Shown here in pieces: positions 8,504-19,038 of a stretch of DNA of 59,213 nucleotides. The notes below the pieces were generated by a model that did no database searches, had not been told where the DNA came from, and was given only the letters and a program-made list of their open reading frames with translations. Origin of the DNA: a virus (Duplodnaviria; Caudoviricetes); the IMG/VR virus record IMGVR_UViG_3300033145_001323, positions 1-59,213 of that record, one strand, 5' to 3'. Made by a program: the position numbers and the translations under genes. The stretch's first letter is position 1; each line of letters starts with the position of its first letter.

Positions 8504-8983
8504 CTACGACCCTAATATTTCCACCTCCAACACTTTCACCCCGAAATCTATGGCTGTTCGCTCGTCAGAATACCAAATATCTATTTTGTGTCCATTGCGT
8601 GGGTGTGTTCTGTCCTCCACTACGAAGATTTTATTCCCATACATTTCTGGCAATCTTATTTTTGTTCCAAATGCCAAGAAGTTGCAGGCTACTACTCCAT
8701 CTCTAACTTGTGTGCCAGATGCCGTAATAAAAGGCGTTGAATCACATTGGGCGACCGTGCTCGAATATGCTGTGATAATCCTTGTTGTAGTTTTGTATGT
8801 AGGGATATATATCAGCATCAATGGGGCGGTGATATATGTTTGAGATGGAGTTGTGAGCAAATCAATCACTTCTGGCTTACTATTAAAATCCCTGAATAAA
8901 TAGGATACCCACAAAAGCCACCCAATTAGGATTAGAAACCCCAGCAAAGCTAAATACCAATTATATTTTGTTGTTTTGTTCAT
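8504..8983 (-). CDS. membrane-anchored 3D-domain (lytic transglycosylase-like) protein
   Basis: N-terminal TM helix; ITAYSS..PFITASG..VACNFLAFGTKI..VEDR..IDIW. Confidence 0.8.
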   Translation of the reverse strand: MNKTTKYNWYLALLGFLILIGWLLWVSYLFRDFNSKPEVIDLLTTPSQTYITAPLMLIYIPTYKTTTRIITAYSSTVAQCDSTPFITASGTQVRDGVVACNFLAFGTKIRLPEMYGNKIFVVEDRTHPRNGHKIDIWYSDERTAIDFGVKVLEVEILGS

Positions 8984-9176
8984 ATTTTTGTTCTTTTGTT
9001 AAAAACTTTTGCATTAAATTTTCCCAGATAGTTTTCCAACTGGCATTATTGGGCAATTTTCCTTCTATGTATTTTCCCCACTTATCAGAATGCTCCCCGC
9101 AAAACCAAAATCTTTTTTGTCCATCTGTCCATATTGCTCTTTTGTGGCATATTTGGCATCGTTTATATTTTTTCAT
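8961..9176 (-). CDS. small Zn-binding hypothetical protein
   Basis: CQIC..CGEH; start moved to ATG at 9176. Confidence 0.55.
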   Translation of the reverse strand: MKKYKRCQICHKRAIWTDGQKRFWFCGEHSDKWGKYIEGKLPNNASWKTIWENLMQKFLTKEQKYEQNNKI

Positions 9177-9313
9177 AGTTATGTGTACCAATGTGCACTC
9201 TTATTTCTTCTTATTTATTTTTTATTTATTTAAGATAAGATGGGCAATCCACTATCCAAACAGGAGCTTTATTTGTCCTATTCGTTTTAATAGCGGATTG
9301 CCCGAATTAAACA

Positions 9314-9499
9314 CTACACTTCATGGATTTCAAGAACGTAAGTATTTTTGCAGTGTTGACAGTACATTGTTATTTCCCTTGCCCTGAAAATCTCTTGGTC
9401 ATTAAGTAAGAGAAGCCTATTCTTACAATTGGGGCAAGAAAACACATCTAAATCACTTTTAATCGGTTCACCCATTTTCATCCTTTTCATTTTTTCCAC
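9314..9499 (-). CDS. small zinc-ribbon protein
   Basis: CPNC..CQHC; start uncertain. Confidence 0.55.
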   Translation of the reverse strand: MEKMKRMKMGEPIKSDLDVFSCPNCKNRLLLLNDQEIFRAREITMYCQHCKNTYVLEIHEV

Positions 9500-9538
9500 C
9501 CCCTCTTTTTTATAGTGTTTGTTTTTTTTAGGAAAGAA

Positions 9539-9964
9539 CTATTTATTCTTTAACTTTTCAGTTTCACCCGCCAGATAATCAAGCATATCAAGAATATTAT
9601 TCATTTTCCACATTGCTACATTATATATTTTATTTTCATCGATGGCAAAACAATGTTCTCGGTTTGCCACTTCTGTGTAGGAAATAAAATCCTTAAATCT
9701 TTTTATTTTATGTTTGACTTTTTCTTTTTTGGGTCTGAACATCTTTTCTGCTTCCCTCATCATTGCTATAATATCTTTTGTGCTAAAGAAATTCAGAGAA
9801 TATTCTCTTAAGTTTCGTGAGGGATAACTCCTGAATTCTTGCCCATCAAATCTGAGTGTATAATGTTTTTCACCCTGCTCCATAAAAGAACTCATATACT
9901 TGCCTATTAGGTCTTTATGGCTACTAAGTTGTGATTTTACTTTGTAATATTTATTTTTTTTCAT
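9539..9964 (-). CDS. hypothetical protein
   Basis: 141-aa ORF. Confidence 0.6.
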   Translation of the reverse strand: MKKNKYYKVKSQLSSHKDLIGKYMSSFMEQGEKHYTLRFDGQEFRSYPSRNLREYSLNFFSTKDIIAMMREAEKMFRPKKEKVKHKIKRFKDFISYTEVANREHCFAIDENKIYNVAMWKMNNILDMLDYLAGETEKLKNK

Positions 9965-10034
9965 AGTTTTTTTGTTTGTGCACCAATGTGCACTTATTTA
10001 TTTTGTAAGTATTTTTTCCACCACTTTTCTTATT

Positions 10035-11258
10035 CTATCCCTTAATTGATGCAAGAGGCCGAAGTTCCACTAATATCTCAACAAGGTCTTCAGAATTTTT
10101 CATTACCTGTGATATATCCTTATACGAACCAACCGCCTCATCTAAATTATCTCTATTTCTTATTCCATGCACTATACCTTGGTCATTTAGTATTTTCATT
10201 TCATTTTCCAATGACAATTCTTCTTTTGCTCTTGTTCTGCTCATTATTCGCCCTGCACCGTGTGGACTTGAATTGAAACTATCTGGGTTTCCTTTCCCTT
10301 TGGTAATATAAGATGGTGAACCCATACTGCCTGGAATTATCCCGATTGTATTTTTGGTTGCCAATGTAGCTCCTTTCCTATGAACCATTACATTGGAATT
10401 GAAGTGATTTTCAAGTTGAGCAAAATTATGATTGATGTTTATCATCTCACCAAATTCTATTCCTGGAAGTTTGTCATTTACTCCTAAATCCCAACCGTGA
10501 AATTCTTTTGTAAAAACTTCCATAACTCTATCCATCATTAGCTTACGATTGGCGAATGCAAACTCCACACAATAATTCATTTCTCTTAAATATGCCTGCC
10601 CTTCTTCACTATCAAGAGGAAGAAAAGCCAACTCCCATTTCTTTGGAACCGAACTATGCCATTTCTCATTCAATTCAACTGCCAACTTATTATAATGATT
10701 AGCAACTTGTAGCCCAAGATTTCTACTGCCTGAATGTATCATAATGTAAATATGATTATCATTTCCTTTTTGGATTTCGATGAAATGATTTCCGTGAGCC
10801 CCCAATGTTCCCAATTGTTTTAGTGCTGAATTATATTCCCGATTTATAATTTTGTATTTTAGTGGATTGACTGCAGGATTAAATTTTGGCATTAAACTTT
10901 CATCTTGTGCTTCTTGGTGGTGTTTTCCTAAACCTATTGGTATAACCTTTCTAACCTCTCCCATTATTTTTTTAAGAGTATCTGTATCTATTTCTTTTAA
11001 GGAAGTTTTAACAGCACATAATCCGCAAGAAATATCAGAACCAATTAGATGAGGAATTACAACCCCCTTTGTAGCTACAACAGAACCAATACTTGCCCCC
11101 CTGCCAAAATGCCCATCCGCCATCAATGCAGTATGGTGATGAATAAATGGAAGTGAACAGACTTTTTCCATTTGTTCGATACATTGTTCTTCTATTGAAT
11201 TTTTTTCTGAAAATACTTTTAATGGTACTTTCATTTCTTTTGTTTTTAATACATACAT
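10035..11258 (-). CDS. rtcB: RtcB-family RNA ligase
   Basis: MADGHFG, GSDISCG, QLGTLG.GNHFIE, MIHSGSR, HN, VHRKGAT, IPGSMG, HGAGR, DEA. Confidence 0.95.
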   Translation of the reverse strand: MYVLKTKEMKVPLKVFSEKNSIEEQCIEQMEKVCSLPFIHHHTALMADGHFGRGASIGSVVATKGVVIPHLIGSDISCGLCAVKTSLKEIDTDTLKKIMGEVRKVIPIGLGKHHQEAQDESLMPKFNPAVNPLKYKIINREYNSALKQLGTLGAHGNHFIEIQKGNDNHIYIMIHSGSRNLGLQVANHYNKLAVELNEKWHSSVPKKWELAFLPLDSEEGQAYLREMNYCVEFAFANRKLMMDRVMEVFTKEFHGWDLGVNDKLPGIEFGEMININHNFAQLENHFNSNVMVHRKGATLATKNTIGIIPGSMGSPSYITKGKGNPDSFNSSPHGAGRIMSRTRAKEELSLENEMKILNDQGIVHGIRNRDNLDEAVGSYKDISQVMKNSEDLVEILVELRPLASIKG

Positions 11259-11287
11259 AGTTATTTCTTCTATTGATGTTATTTTAT

Positions 11288-12139
11288 TTATAGTTTAAGT
11301 TTTTTTGGTATAAATTTTTTATGACAAAAAGGACATTCAATTTGTTTTTCTAATTCTTCTTTTAGTTTTCTTTGTTCAGCTTCGGCTTTTTCTTTGGCGA
11401 TTTTTCTATCTCTTTCAGCTTTTTCTTTTTCCATTTTTGCTTTTTCAATTATCGCTAATTTTTCTTTTTCTATCTTTTTTTGTTCCTCTTTGGCTTTATT
11501 TTCTATGGCTTGTTTTTCTAATTCAGCTCTTTCTCTTTCTTCCTTTGCTTTGTCTTCTATTGCTTTTCTTTTGGCTTTTTCCTTTTGCCTCTCTTTCTCA
11601 ATTTCAGATTCTCTCTCTAATCTTTTTCTTTCTTTTTTTTCTGCTTCTTTTTTAAGTTTTTCATTTTCAGCTTTTATTCTTTTTTGTTCTTTCTTTTCAG
11701 CTTCTTCTCTGGCTAATTCTTCTTCTTCTAATCTCTTTTCTTCTTCAATCTTTTTCTGTTCAGCCTCCTCTTTCTGTTTATTCTCAACAAAGTGTTCTTG
11801 TCGGTCTAAATATTTTTCAATCGGAACAATAAGAGCTTTCAAAACATTAGAAATCCCGTCAATAGCTTTTCCTTCTCTTAATGATTGTTCTTTTAATTGT
11901 TTTCTGACTCTCTCTATGGCAATTCTTTTATCTCGCAAAAAAAGTCGTCCTGCTCTTGCCATTTGCATATCTGCTGTCTGTTTTTCATCTGTAACTATAA
12001 TTGTTTTTGCTTTTTGTTCCCACTCAGCAGCTACTTTAAAATATTCTTGAAAATTATCTAAAAGAATACCAGCTTTTGTTTTTTCAAGACCACTTTCTTG
12101 AATCATTACCTCTAGTTCATTTGTGTATGTTTTTTTCAT
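11288..12139 (-). CDS. coiled-coil protein with C-terminal CPFC
   Basis: E/K/A/R-rich heptads. Confidence 0.7.
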   Translation of the reverse strand: MKKTYTNELEVMIQESGLEKTKAGILLDNFQEYFKVAAEWEQKAKTIIVTDEKQTADMQMARAGRLFLRDKRIAIERVRKQLKEQSLREGKAIDGISNVLKALIVPIEKYLDRQEHFVENKQKEEAEQKKIEEEKRLEEEELAREEAEKKEQKRIKAENEKLKKEAEKKERKRLERESEIEKERQKEKAKRKAIEDKAKEERERAELEKQAIENKAKEEQKKIEKEKLAIIEKAKMEKEKAERDRKIAKEKAEAEQRKLKEELEKQIECPFCHKKFIPKKLKL

Positions 12140-12327
12140 TATTTTATTTTATTTAATTTTTTAATCTGTTTAAGTAAATCTTCTGTTTGGTATGAATGTA
12201 AATCAAACATTCTTAAAGCACTTCCACTCATATTTTCTCTTATCGTTATAATAGCAAATTCAGCACCAGCTATGAATGCTTTTACTTGTTTTATGTTGTT
12301 CTTCTTTTTTGATATTACTTTTTCCAT
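12139..12327 (-). CDS. hypothetical protein
   Basis: Stop overlaps the start of the next gene. Confidence 0.55.
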   Translation of the reverse strand: MEKVISKKKNNIKQVKAFIAGAEFAIITIRENMSGSALRMFDLHSYQTEDLLKQIKKLNKIK

Positions 12328-12509
12328 TATTTTATTTCTTCTATATTTTCAATTTCTATTTTTTTCTTTTCCCATTGTATCTCTTTTTCTTCTTCAAGAA
12401 TAATTGCCAAAGTTTCTGCATTTTCTTTACCTATTGCTTCAACTTTCACAAAACCATATTCTATCTTTTTTACATTAACTTTGTATATGCTCATCTTTAA
12501 TTGGTTATT

Positions 12510-12701
12510 TTACTCTTTAATATGTTTATCAATATTCTTATGACATTCAGGGCATTCTATTTTTTTTGTTTCGAGTGTTTCCTCTATACTACTGTAATTA
12601 ACAATCTTATTCCCTATTAATTCTGCTTTTTGCCAACACTCAGAAAGAACATTAACTCTATTAATTTCTTTTTTACATTTTGGACATTTGAATTGATTCA
12701 T
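12510..12701 (-). CDS. small zinc-ribbon protein
   Basis: CPKC..CPEC. Confidence 0.6.
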   Translation of the reverse strand: MNQFKCPKCKKEINRVNVLSECWQKAELIGNKIVNYSSIEETLETKKIECPECHKNIDKHIKE

Positions 12702-12744
12702 AATTATTTTTCCTTTCTTAATATCTAAAATACTTTAGTAAGTC

Positions 12745-13077
12745 TTAATTGGTATAACCACCACCACCATCAACAGAACAATCACAATTATTACACCATA
12801 AGTATTGTTCGCCATCTCCATCAACTTCGTGCAATTTCCCCTCACCACAAGCTGGACATTTTTCCTTAATCATTTTCTTCTGTATTTTTGATAGTTTATT
12901 TTGTCTTTCTATTACTCTAATCCAATAACTATCATCTTGATTGTCGCCCATATCCAATTCTAATCTATATGGTTTAAGTTCATTGTCTATATCTTCTAGT
13001 AGTCCACTTATATCCTTCCAATCGCTCTCTCTATAATTATCAAGTTGTTTATTTGTTTTTATTTTTGTTTGTTTCAT
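12745..13077 (-). CDS. hypothetical protein with C-terminal zinc ribbon
   Basis: CPAC..CNNC. Confidence 0.6.
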   Translation of the reverse strand: MKQTKIKTNKQLDNYRESDWKDISGLLEDIDNELKPYRLELDMGDNQDDSYWIRVIERQNKLSKIQKKMIKEKCPACGEGKLHEVDGDGEQYLWCNNCDCSVDGGGGYTN

Positions 13078-13372
13078 ATTATAAACTCAATGTTAGATTG
13101 TATCTTACTTGTAGTTGAAATTATGATTTATCTCTTTTTTAATGCTTTCTCAAGGAAAAATAATAGCTGACTCATCTATTGTGAACTTCAAATCATTGAA
13201 CGGGGGATACTAATTTTTTTAGGCTATTACTAACCCCATTCACCGATCCCCGCACTATTATTTTTGCCTTAAGAAAGGATACAACCCCGCTAGGCTACCA
13301 TATTAGCATTGCCTTTACTATATTGCTCAGGGAGAGTTGTAAGTTGCCCGTGTGCACCAATGTTCACACAAT

Positions 13373-13573
13373 TTATTTACTATTTTCAGCCAGTTTTACT
13401 GCATCTATAATAGACCAAACTAAAACAGCAATACCAGGAAGCACTAAGCAAAATATACCAATTACATATCCGATAAATAATAGCACACCTCTACCAGTTC
13501 TTCCACAATAAATCTGTCCCAAACCAGGCATTAGGAAACTTAATATACCAGCCAATGTTTTATCTTTTTTCAT
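13373..13573 (-). CDS. TM2-domain-like membrane protein
   Basis: LAGILSFLMPGLGQIYCG; SD AGGAGGTG upstream of ATG 13573. Confidence 0.75.
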   Translation of the reverse strand: MKKDKTLAGILSFLMPGLGQIYCGRTGRGVLLFIGYVIGIFCLVLPGIAVLVWSIIDAVKLAENSK

Positions 13574-13973
13574 TATATTCACCTCCTTTTTTATGGGTTG
13601 TCTTTTTTGTTTTTTGTCTTATTATTTTTTGTAATCCAAAAACACCTTTCCCCGAAACCCCCATTTTGGGCTTTCTTTTTTTCTCTCTGGTTTTTGCTTT
13701 TTTATTTGCTTTTTCTTCCATTCTTCCTATATTTATTTTATAGTCATCTGATTTTTTAATTTCTTTCAATAGCATCATAACTGCTTTTTCTGGAGTATTT
13801 GGTCCGATTTTATCCCATTTAACATCGGTTGTATTATAATCTTTACCATTACAAAACACACTAGTCCACCAATAGCCCTCTGTTTCACCCAATTTAAATC
13901 CTCCCACTATTCCTGTATTTTTATTTTGTAAAGAGTAAATTTCTTTTATAAGTTGTGATAAGTTCTTTTTCAT
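13560..13973 (-). CDS. hypothetical protein
   Basis: 137-aa ORF with basic C-terminus. Confidence 0.55.
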   Translation of the reverse strand: MKKNLSQLIKEIYSLQNKNTGIVGGFKLGETEGYWWTSVFCNGKDYNTTDVKWDKIGPNTPEKAVMMLLKEIKKSDDYKINIGRMEEKANKKAKTREKKRKPKMGVSGKGVFGLQKIIRQKTKKTTHKKGGEYNEKR

Positions 13974-13977
13974 ATAT

Positions 13978-14229
13978 TTATTTTATTAAATTTATATCTA
14001 TTGTAAATTTACCTCTTTTACTATCATTCACCTCGTAATATACTCCGATTTGTTTTGGCTTTCCAATAATAAGTTTTACATCTCCATCAGCATTAAAGGC
14101 ATTTTTGATAAAATTACACAACTCTGTTCGTTGTTGCTGTTCACTTTTTTTAGCTTCTAATTCCTCTGATTGTTTCATTGGCAACATCTCTCCGTCTTTT
14201 TTTTTATCACTTATTGCTAATATTTTCAT
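13978..14229 (-). CDS. hypothetical protein (paralog of 15906-16094)
   Basis: Shared E.NDSKRGKF motif. Confidence 0.6.
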   Translation of the reverse strand: MKILAISDKKKDGEMLPMKQSEELEAKKSEQQQRTELCNFIKNAFNADGDVKLIIGKPKQIGVYYEVNDSKRGKFTIDINLIK

Positions 14230-14529
14230 ATATTTATTTTACTAAAATCTTCTCTAAATCTTCTAATGATTGAGTTCCTATCCATTCGTTGTAATGGTCG
14301 GGTAAGTCGTCATCTAAAATTTCTGGTGCTATTTCTTTACTGTGATATTCTGTCAATACCTCATTGTTTTCAATAGCAAATCTATCTCTTTTGTTCTCTT
14401 CTTTTATGGTCATATATTTATTTTACTAAAATCTTATTAAGGAAATCAATTGATATTTCTGTTTTATTCATAATATTCCTTTTTGTAAATTAAGTTCTGC
14501 TTAACTTAATCATATTTGTTCATATTTTT

Positions 14530-14868
14530 TTATTCATAATTAAAATAATCATCAATTTGCTTAATCCCCATTTGTTCCATTTTATTCATCCGTTCCCAAC
14601 CATCCTGATTTTCTCTCTCAAAATCATCTTGGGCTTCTTGCATCTCCATCCATTCTCTTTCACTAACACTAAGGTAAATCTGTATATTATTTTCCCAAAT
14701 TTCTTTTGCTAATTCAATAATCTCATCCTTGCTCAAAAGTGGTTCAAGACCATCATATTTTTCACCAGTTTGTTCTTCGGCATATTCTACTAAATCAGAC
14801 CAATTGGCTTTTAGAAATGATTTGAAGTTTTTTACTTTGTAGTTTAGTTTGTTTGTATCTATTTTCAT
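14530..14868 (-). CDS. acidic hypothetical protein
   Basis: 112-aa ORF. Confidence 0.6.
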   Translation of the reverse strand: MKIDTNKLNYKVKNFKSFLKANWSDLVEYAEEQTGEKYDGLEPLLSKDEIIELAKEIWENNIQIYLSVSEREWMEMQEAQDDFERENQDGWERMNKMEQMGIKQIDDYFNYE

Positions 14869-14881
14869 TTTGTATTAATTA

Positions 14882-15157
14882 TTAATGTCTATACATTGTA
14901 AATGCCTTGTTATCGCAAGATACTAATTTTTTAATAGTATCATTATCGTGAACCTTACTACCCATTCGTTTTATCCATTCAAAATCTGGATTGATAGAAC
15001 AATAAATAGCCCAATCGTGGATACCACCTCTAACAGCAACCCAGTGTAATTGTGTGCCAGTATTTGCTATATTAATACCATCAGGCGAATCAATGCTTTG
15101 CCCTTTGGCAAAAATAGTGCCTGATTCCATTTTTTTTAGTTTTTTAATTGTAAGCAT
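14882..15157 (-). CDS. hypothetical phage protein
   Basis: 91-aa ORF, WVAVRGGIHDWAIY. Confidence 0.65.
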   Translation of the reverse strand: MLTIKKLKKMESGTIFAKGQSIDSPDGINIANTGTQLHWVAVRGGIHDWAIYCSINPDFEWIKRMGSKVHDNDTIKKLVSCDNKAFTMYRH

Positions 15158-15160
15158 ATT

Positions 15161-15523
15161 TTATAGTTTATTGGGTAGTTTCTCATGTCTTTTATTATGT
15201 TCTTTTCTTGTTAATATTTCCATATTATGTACTTCTTGGTCTATATTGCCATTAGCCCCACAATTTAAGCATTGCCCACCACTTGTCATTTCGGCATCAC
15301 AACATAATGATTTTTTTAGTATAACCTTTTTTCTATTTGGTTTGCTTTTCATAAATTTATCATCAAATGGGACAAACATTGAAGTCATTGTATGATTGCT
15401 TGGGTTAAGACATTGATATAACCAACCACTTGGTACTCTTATAATATAATATTCAAAAACTCCATCTATCTTTATCTGTTCATGAAGTTTTAAATCATAA
15501 ATTGTTTTTTCTTTTTTACTCAT
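15161..15523 (-). CDS. hypothetical protein
   Basis: 120-aa ORF, Cys-rich C-terminal half. Confidence 0.6.
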   Translation of the reverse strand: MSKKEKTIYDLKLHEQIKIDGVFEYYIIRVPSGWLYQCLNPSNHTMTSMFVPFDDKFMKSKPNRKKVILKKSLCCDAEMTSGGQCLNCGANGNIDQEVHNMEILTRKEHNKRHEKLPNKL

Positions 15524-15909
15524 AAGTTCTTATCCTTTAATAGTTTATAGATTTTATATCTTATTTCAGCAATATCGTTCCATTCTAAATGTCCATCATC
15601 ATAGGGTATTGTTTCAAAAATCTTTTTAATTAACCCAATTGGCTCATACTTGTTCATTATGAAATTATAGCATTTTTGACATATATCAGTATAGTCATAT
15701 TCTACAGATGGTTTAAAATCTTTATTACAATATTTACAGTGATTCATTCTTTTACTTTCTATCTCCTTTTGGCATTTTTTACAAACATAGCTATCCATAT
15801 CTAATTCATTCTCTCTAGTTTGGACAGAAAATTTTTCGGGAATATTATCTTCCAATACAAACTTTTTCCCGCCACAAACTGAACATTTTGCTTTTAAATA
15901 TTTTTTCAT
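15520..15909 (-). CDS. multi-CxxC zinc-finger protein
   Basis: Four CxxC pairs. Confidence 0.6.
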   Translation of the reverse strand: MKKYLKAKCSVCGGKKFVLEDNIPEKFSVQTRENELDMDSYVCKKCQKEIESKRMNHCKYCNKDFKPSVEYDYTDICQKCYNFIMNKYEPIGLIKKIFETIPYDDGHLEWNDIAEIRYKIYKLLKDKNL

Positions 15910-16094
15910 TGATTTTGTTTTAATCTGGCGATGAAGAATTTGCCTCTCTTGCTATCATTCAATTCAATAATGCCATCAATCTGACAGTTTTGTTTATCCA
16001 TTCTTAGGATAATATCTCCATCTACACAGAATGTTTGTTTATAGAAATCCAAAATTTCTTTTTTCTTTTGTTTAAAAGTTTTTTCTTTTTTCAT
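15906..16094 (-). CDS. hypothetical protein (paralog of 13978-14229)
   Basis: ELNDSKRGKF. Confidence 0.55.
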   Translation of the reverse strand: MKKEKTFKQKKKEILDFYKQTFCVDGDIILRMDKQNCQIDGIIELNDSKRGKFFIARLKQNQ

Positions 16095-16109
16095 AATTAT
16101 TTTCTCATT

Positions 16110-16307
16110 TTATTTTATTTCCACATATTCCATTGCTGTTCGTAATAAGTGATCATAATCTCCCTTAACTGCTTCTTCCATAAATTCTTTTGCCTCCTTA
16201 TCCATACCTGCCTTTTTAAGAGCTTTATTTACACTACCTAATATAAAGAAAGCATTACCATCTTGACCTAATAATTTGACTACTGGTTTTTGTTTTTTTG
16301 TTGACAT
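16110..16307 (-). CDS. small hypothetical protein
   Basis: LLGQDGNAFFILG..GDYDHLL, a motif I associate with mobile-element proteins. Confidence 0.7.
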   Translation of the reverse strand: MSTKKQKPVVKLLGQDGNAFFILGSVNKALKKAGMDKEAKEFMEEAVKGDYDHLLRTAMEYVEIK

Positions 16308-16308
16308 A

Positions 16309-16527
16309 TTATTTTTCTTTTAACTTATTCCAAATCATAATTTGATTAAAAATTACCCAATGTATCATTGCTGGTATATTCCCTTGTTTCATTAATTTTT
16401 TTAGGTTTGCTTTGTGTTTTATAATTTCATCCATTCTTTCTTGCACAAATATCTCCATTGGGGGTCTCAAAAAAACAGTTTTTACAGCTATCTGTATATC
16501 TCTTGTATCTTTAATTATATTTTTCAT
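16309..16527 (-). CDS. hypothetical protein
   Basis: 72-aa ORF. Confidence 0.55.
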   Translation of the reverse strand: MKNIIKDTRDIQIAVKTVFLRPPMEIFVQERMDEIIKHKANLKKLMKQGNIPAMIHWVIFNQIMIWNKLKEK

Positions 16528-16734
16528 AGTTTTTAATTAAGAACAAACAGTTCCAGCACAGGGATTATTACTACACCCAAACACAGATGCCCTGATTTAT
16601 TACACAAATGTCTTTAAATCAATAATGGCTTGTTTGAATTCAGATATAATAATCTGAAATTACAAATATTAAATACTGGTTAAACATAATAAAGCTCCAT
16701 TGTGCCAGAATTATTTGCTCTTAATTGTTAATGT

Positions 16735-16929
16735 TTAGATATTTTCGAAATTATGAACTATACTGCCACAATCAGGGCAAAGAACCTGAGTATCATTTTC
16801 CTCTGTGTCATTTTTTATATATTTTTTCCATACATTATCCCACACAAGCCAATCTTTGCCATGAAACAATAGCTCTACTTCATCTAATTCTTTTTTACAA
16901 TTTTTACAATAATATTTTTCTTTTTTCAT
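16735..16929 (-). CDS. small zinc-ribbon protein
   Basis: CKNC..CPDC. Confidence 0.6.
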   Translation of the reverse strand: MKKEKYYCKNCKKELDEVELLFHGKDWLVWDNVWKKYIKNDTEENDTQVLCPDCGSIVHNFENI

Positions 16930-16958
16930 ATCTTTATTATTTAATCTTATTATATCTC

Positions 16959-17005
16959 ATTATATATACCACTATCTTTTTGTCAACCCTTGCTCTTGTG
17001 GATAA
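16959..17005 (-). promoter_or_regulatory. sigma70-type promoter with upstream DnaA box
   Basis: TTATCCACA-N10-TTGACA-N16-TATAAT, same geometry as 5711-5757. Confidence 0.75.
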
Positions 17006-17040
17006 CTTTTTTAATCTTAATTGCTAATTTATTTTGTTAA

Positions 17041-17232
17041 TTAGTATATACAATTAAATCCAAATTGTTTTAATTGCAACTGTTCAATCGCTTGCTCTGC
17101 TTTATGCTTACCATATTCGTTATTAATTTTGTTTAATGTGCAATGAATAATTAATACAGTAAATGGATTTTTATGTTTAATTTGTTTTTTAATTATTATA
17201 TGTAATTGTTTGTAACATTTTGGCATAGCCAT
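17041..17232 (-). CDS. hypothetical early protein
   Basis: Strong SD AAGGAGGTG upstream of ATG 17232. Confidence 0.55.
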   Translation of the reverse strand: MAMPKCYKQLHIIIKKQIKHKNPFTVLIIHCTLNKINNEYGKHKAEQAIEQLQLKQFGFNCIY

Positions 17233-17440
17233 TGTATTCACCTCCTTTCTTTTTTAACCGACATAATAGGAGATTGGACAATTCGCTGGGCTTATCCAAT
17301 CCCTTATACAACGATTAACTAAAAGCTACTACACTACACACAATTGCCCAAAGAATAGTTATATATATTAGTTTCATAATTTTTAAAGAGTCAGCGACCT
17401 CTTGATTAACTACCTCTATATTATCAGAAGACTAAAACCC

Positions 17441-17650
17441 TTATATTACTTTATCAATTTCTTTATCCCACTTTTTACTTAACTTTATCAATATAAACCG
17501 TAACGCTTCCAAAGATACTGACATTCTAGATGCTTCAACTGGCAACTCATTCATCCACCTAACTAATTCAGCATAACAATTACTCGAACCACCATCAATC
17601 CCTTTTTTAAAGATTTGTTCCAAAATATATTTTTGTTGTTTTAGAGTCAT
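17441..17650 (-). CDS. hypothetical early protein
   Basis: SD GAGGTG. Confidence 0.55.
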   Translation of the reverse strand: MTLKQQKYILEQIFKKGIDGGSSNCYAELVRWMNELPVEASRMSVSLEALRFILIKLSKKWDKEIDKVI

Positions 17651-17953
17651 AATATGTTCACCTCACTTTCTTATTAGCTTTTCATCAATGCTTACCAGTA
17701 AAGATTGATAGGCATCGTCAACAGCTAATTATAATTGTTCTTTAATTTCATTCCTTAACCGTTCAACAACTCCCGCCCAGTAAGATAATCCTTTCATATC
17801 AATTAAAGCATTCGGTTCGTCTATTAATGTTTTCACATTTGTTTTTGCTGTTTCTAAGTCCTTAATTAAATCTTTAGTTTTGTTCATAATTTATTCACCT
17901 CCCCTCTTTATTGAATACAATCGGATACAATCGGATATAGTCAATATATCTGA

Positions 17954-18340
17954 TTATTTCTTTATTTTTAGTATCTCTTTTACTAATAAGTCGGTTGCCT
18001 TGTCATACTCCTTATATCCAGCACTTGCAAGATAATCCCATTTACCCCCCATTTTATATGGTAAATCTCCATTCCAACTAATACATCCATCCTTACCATT
18101 GATTATAATCTGGTCTGAATTACGATGTTCATATACACAGAAAGTTTTTGAATTATTAAGATATTTGTCATTTTTCCAACTTGGATAAAAAGTCAAACCC
18201 ACCTCTCGGCAATTAGTAAAACATCCCACATAGATGGTATATCCATTTATTTCTTTTCTTCTTTTTAATCTTTTTAGAATCTCAAAAGAAATTTTAAGTC
18301 CATTTGTAATCTCAATTTTGGCATATTTTCTTTTGTTCAT
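17954..18340 (-). CDS. hypothetical early protein
   Basis: 128 aa; SD AAGGAGGTG. Confidence 0.65.
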   Translation of the reverse strand: MNKRKYAKIEITNGLKISFEILKRLKRRKEINGYTIYVGCFTNCREVGLTFYPSWKNDKYLNNSKTFCVYEHRNSDQIIINGKDGCISWNGDLPYKMGGKWDYLASAGYKEYDKATDLLVKEILKIKK

Positions 18341-18431
18341 AATTTATCACCTCCTTTCATTAATTTAATTGCTATCTTGTAAAATTCTTCATTGAGTGTG
18401 AATGTCAATAAAGAATTCTATAAGAAATCAA

Positions 18432-18641
18432 TTATTGTGGATTGTCTGGATTGTAGTGACGAGAATTAATTAAAATATTTATGATTTTACTGGCTTCATT
18501 TTTTCTTTCTTTAATTGATTTTTCACCAGGTGTATGTTCTGTATCTATAAAATCATCTAGATAATTTAATTCCTTATACAATAAATTTTCTAAAAGAATT
18601 GTATTATCTAATGACATTTTGACTTCTAATAATTGTTCCAT
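18432..18641 (-). CDS. hypothetical early protein
   Basis: SD AAGGAGGTG. Confidence 0.55.
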   Translation of the reverse strand: MEQLLEVKMSLDNTILLENLLYKELNYLDDFIDTEHTPGEKSIKERKNEASKIINILINSRHYNPDNPQ

Positions 18642-18762
18642 AATTATTCACCTCCTTTTTTATATTATTCTCTTACCAAAAGCCATTAAAGATTAACGAC
18701 TTTCAGCAATAGTATAATTTTGTAATAGTAGTAGTTTAGGATACTATTATTGACAAAAATTG

Positions 18763-19038
18763 TTAGTTATTAGTACAATCTATAACATCTAATGGATGAA
18801 AAATAATTTTCTCTCCACATTTCATATCTAAACCAAGGGGCTTATTATCAAGTTCACCTTCCCACTTTTCTCCACTTTCGTTTTTAGTCAACTTAACCCA
18901 CATTCTCTCGCCATTTTCATTGTCTTTATCAGTAAATATTAATTTAACATTATCACCTATCTTTAGTGATGATAATTCTCTCCTTGATGGCATTTCAAAA
19001 CTATCAAGGAAAGGTGGTCTTTTAATTATATAATTCAT
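18763..19038 (-). CDS. DUF2314-like protein
   Basis: GDNVKLIF..GERMWV..GELDNKP. Confidence 0.65.
   Translation of the reverse strand: MNYIIKRPPFLDSFEMPSRRELSSLKIGDNVKLIFTDKDNENGERMWVKLTKNESGEKWEGELDNKPLGLDMKCGEKIIFHPLDVIDCTNN

Noticed and set aside
11394-12050. Plus-strand 218-aa Ser/Phe-rich ORF (also 32774-33031, 37509-38009, 56890-57390 on the minus strand)
   Set aside because: Antisense shadows of low-complexity coding regions.
17916-17937. ATACAATCGG tandem duplication
   Set aside because: Only two copies with no supporting context.
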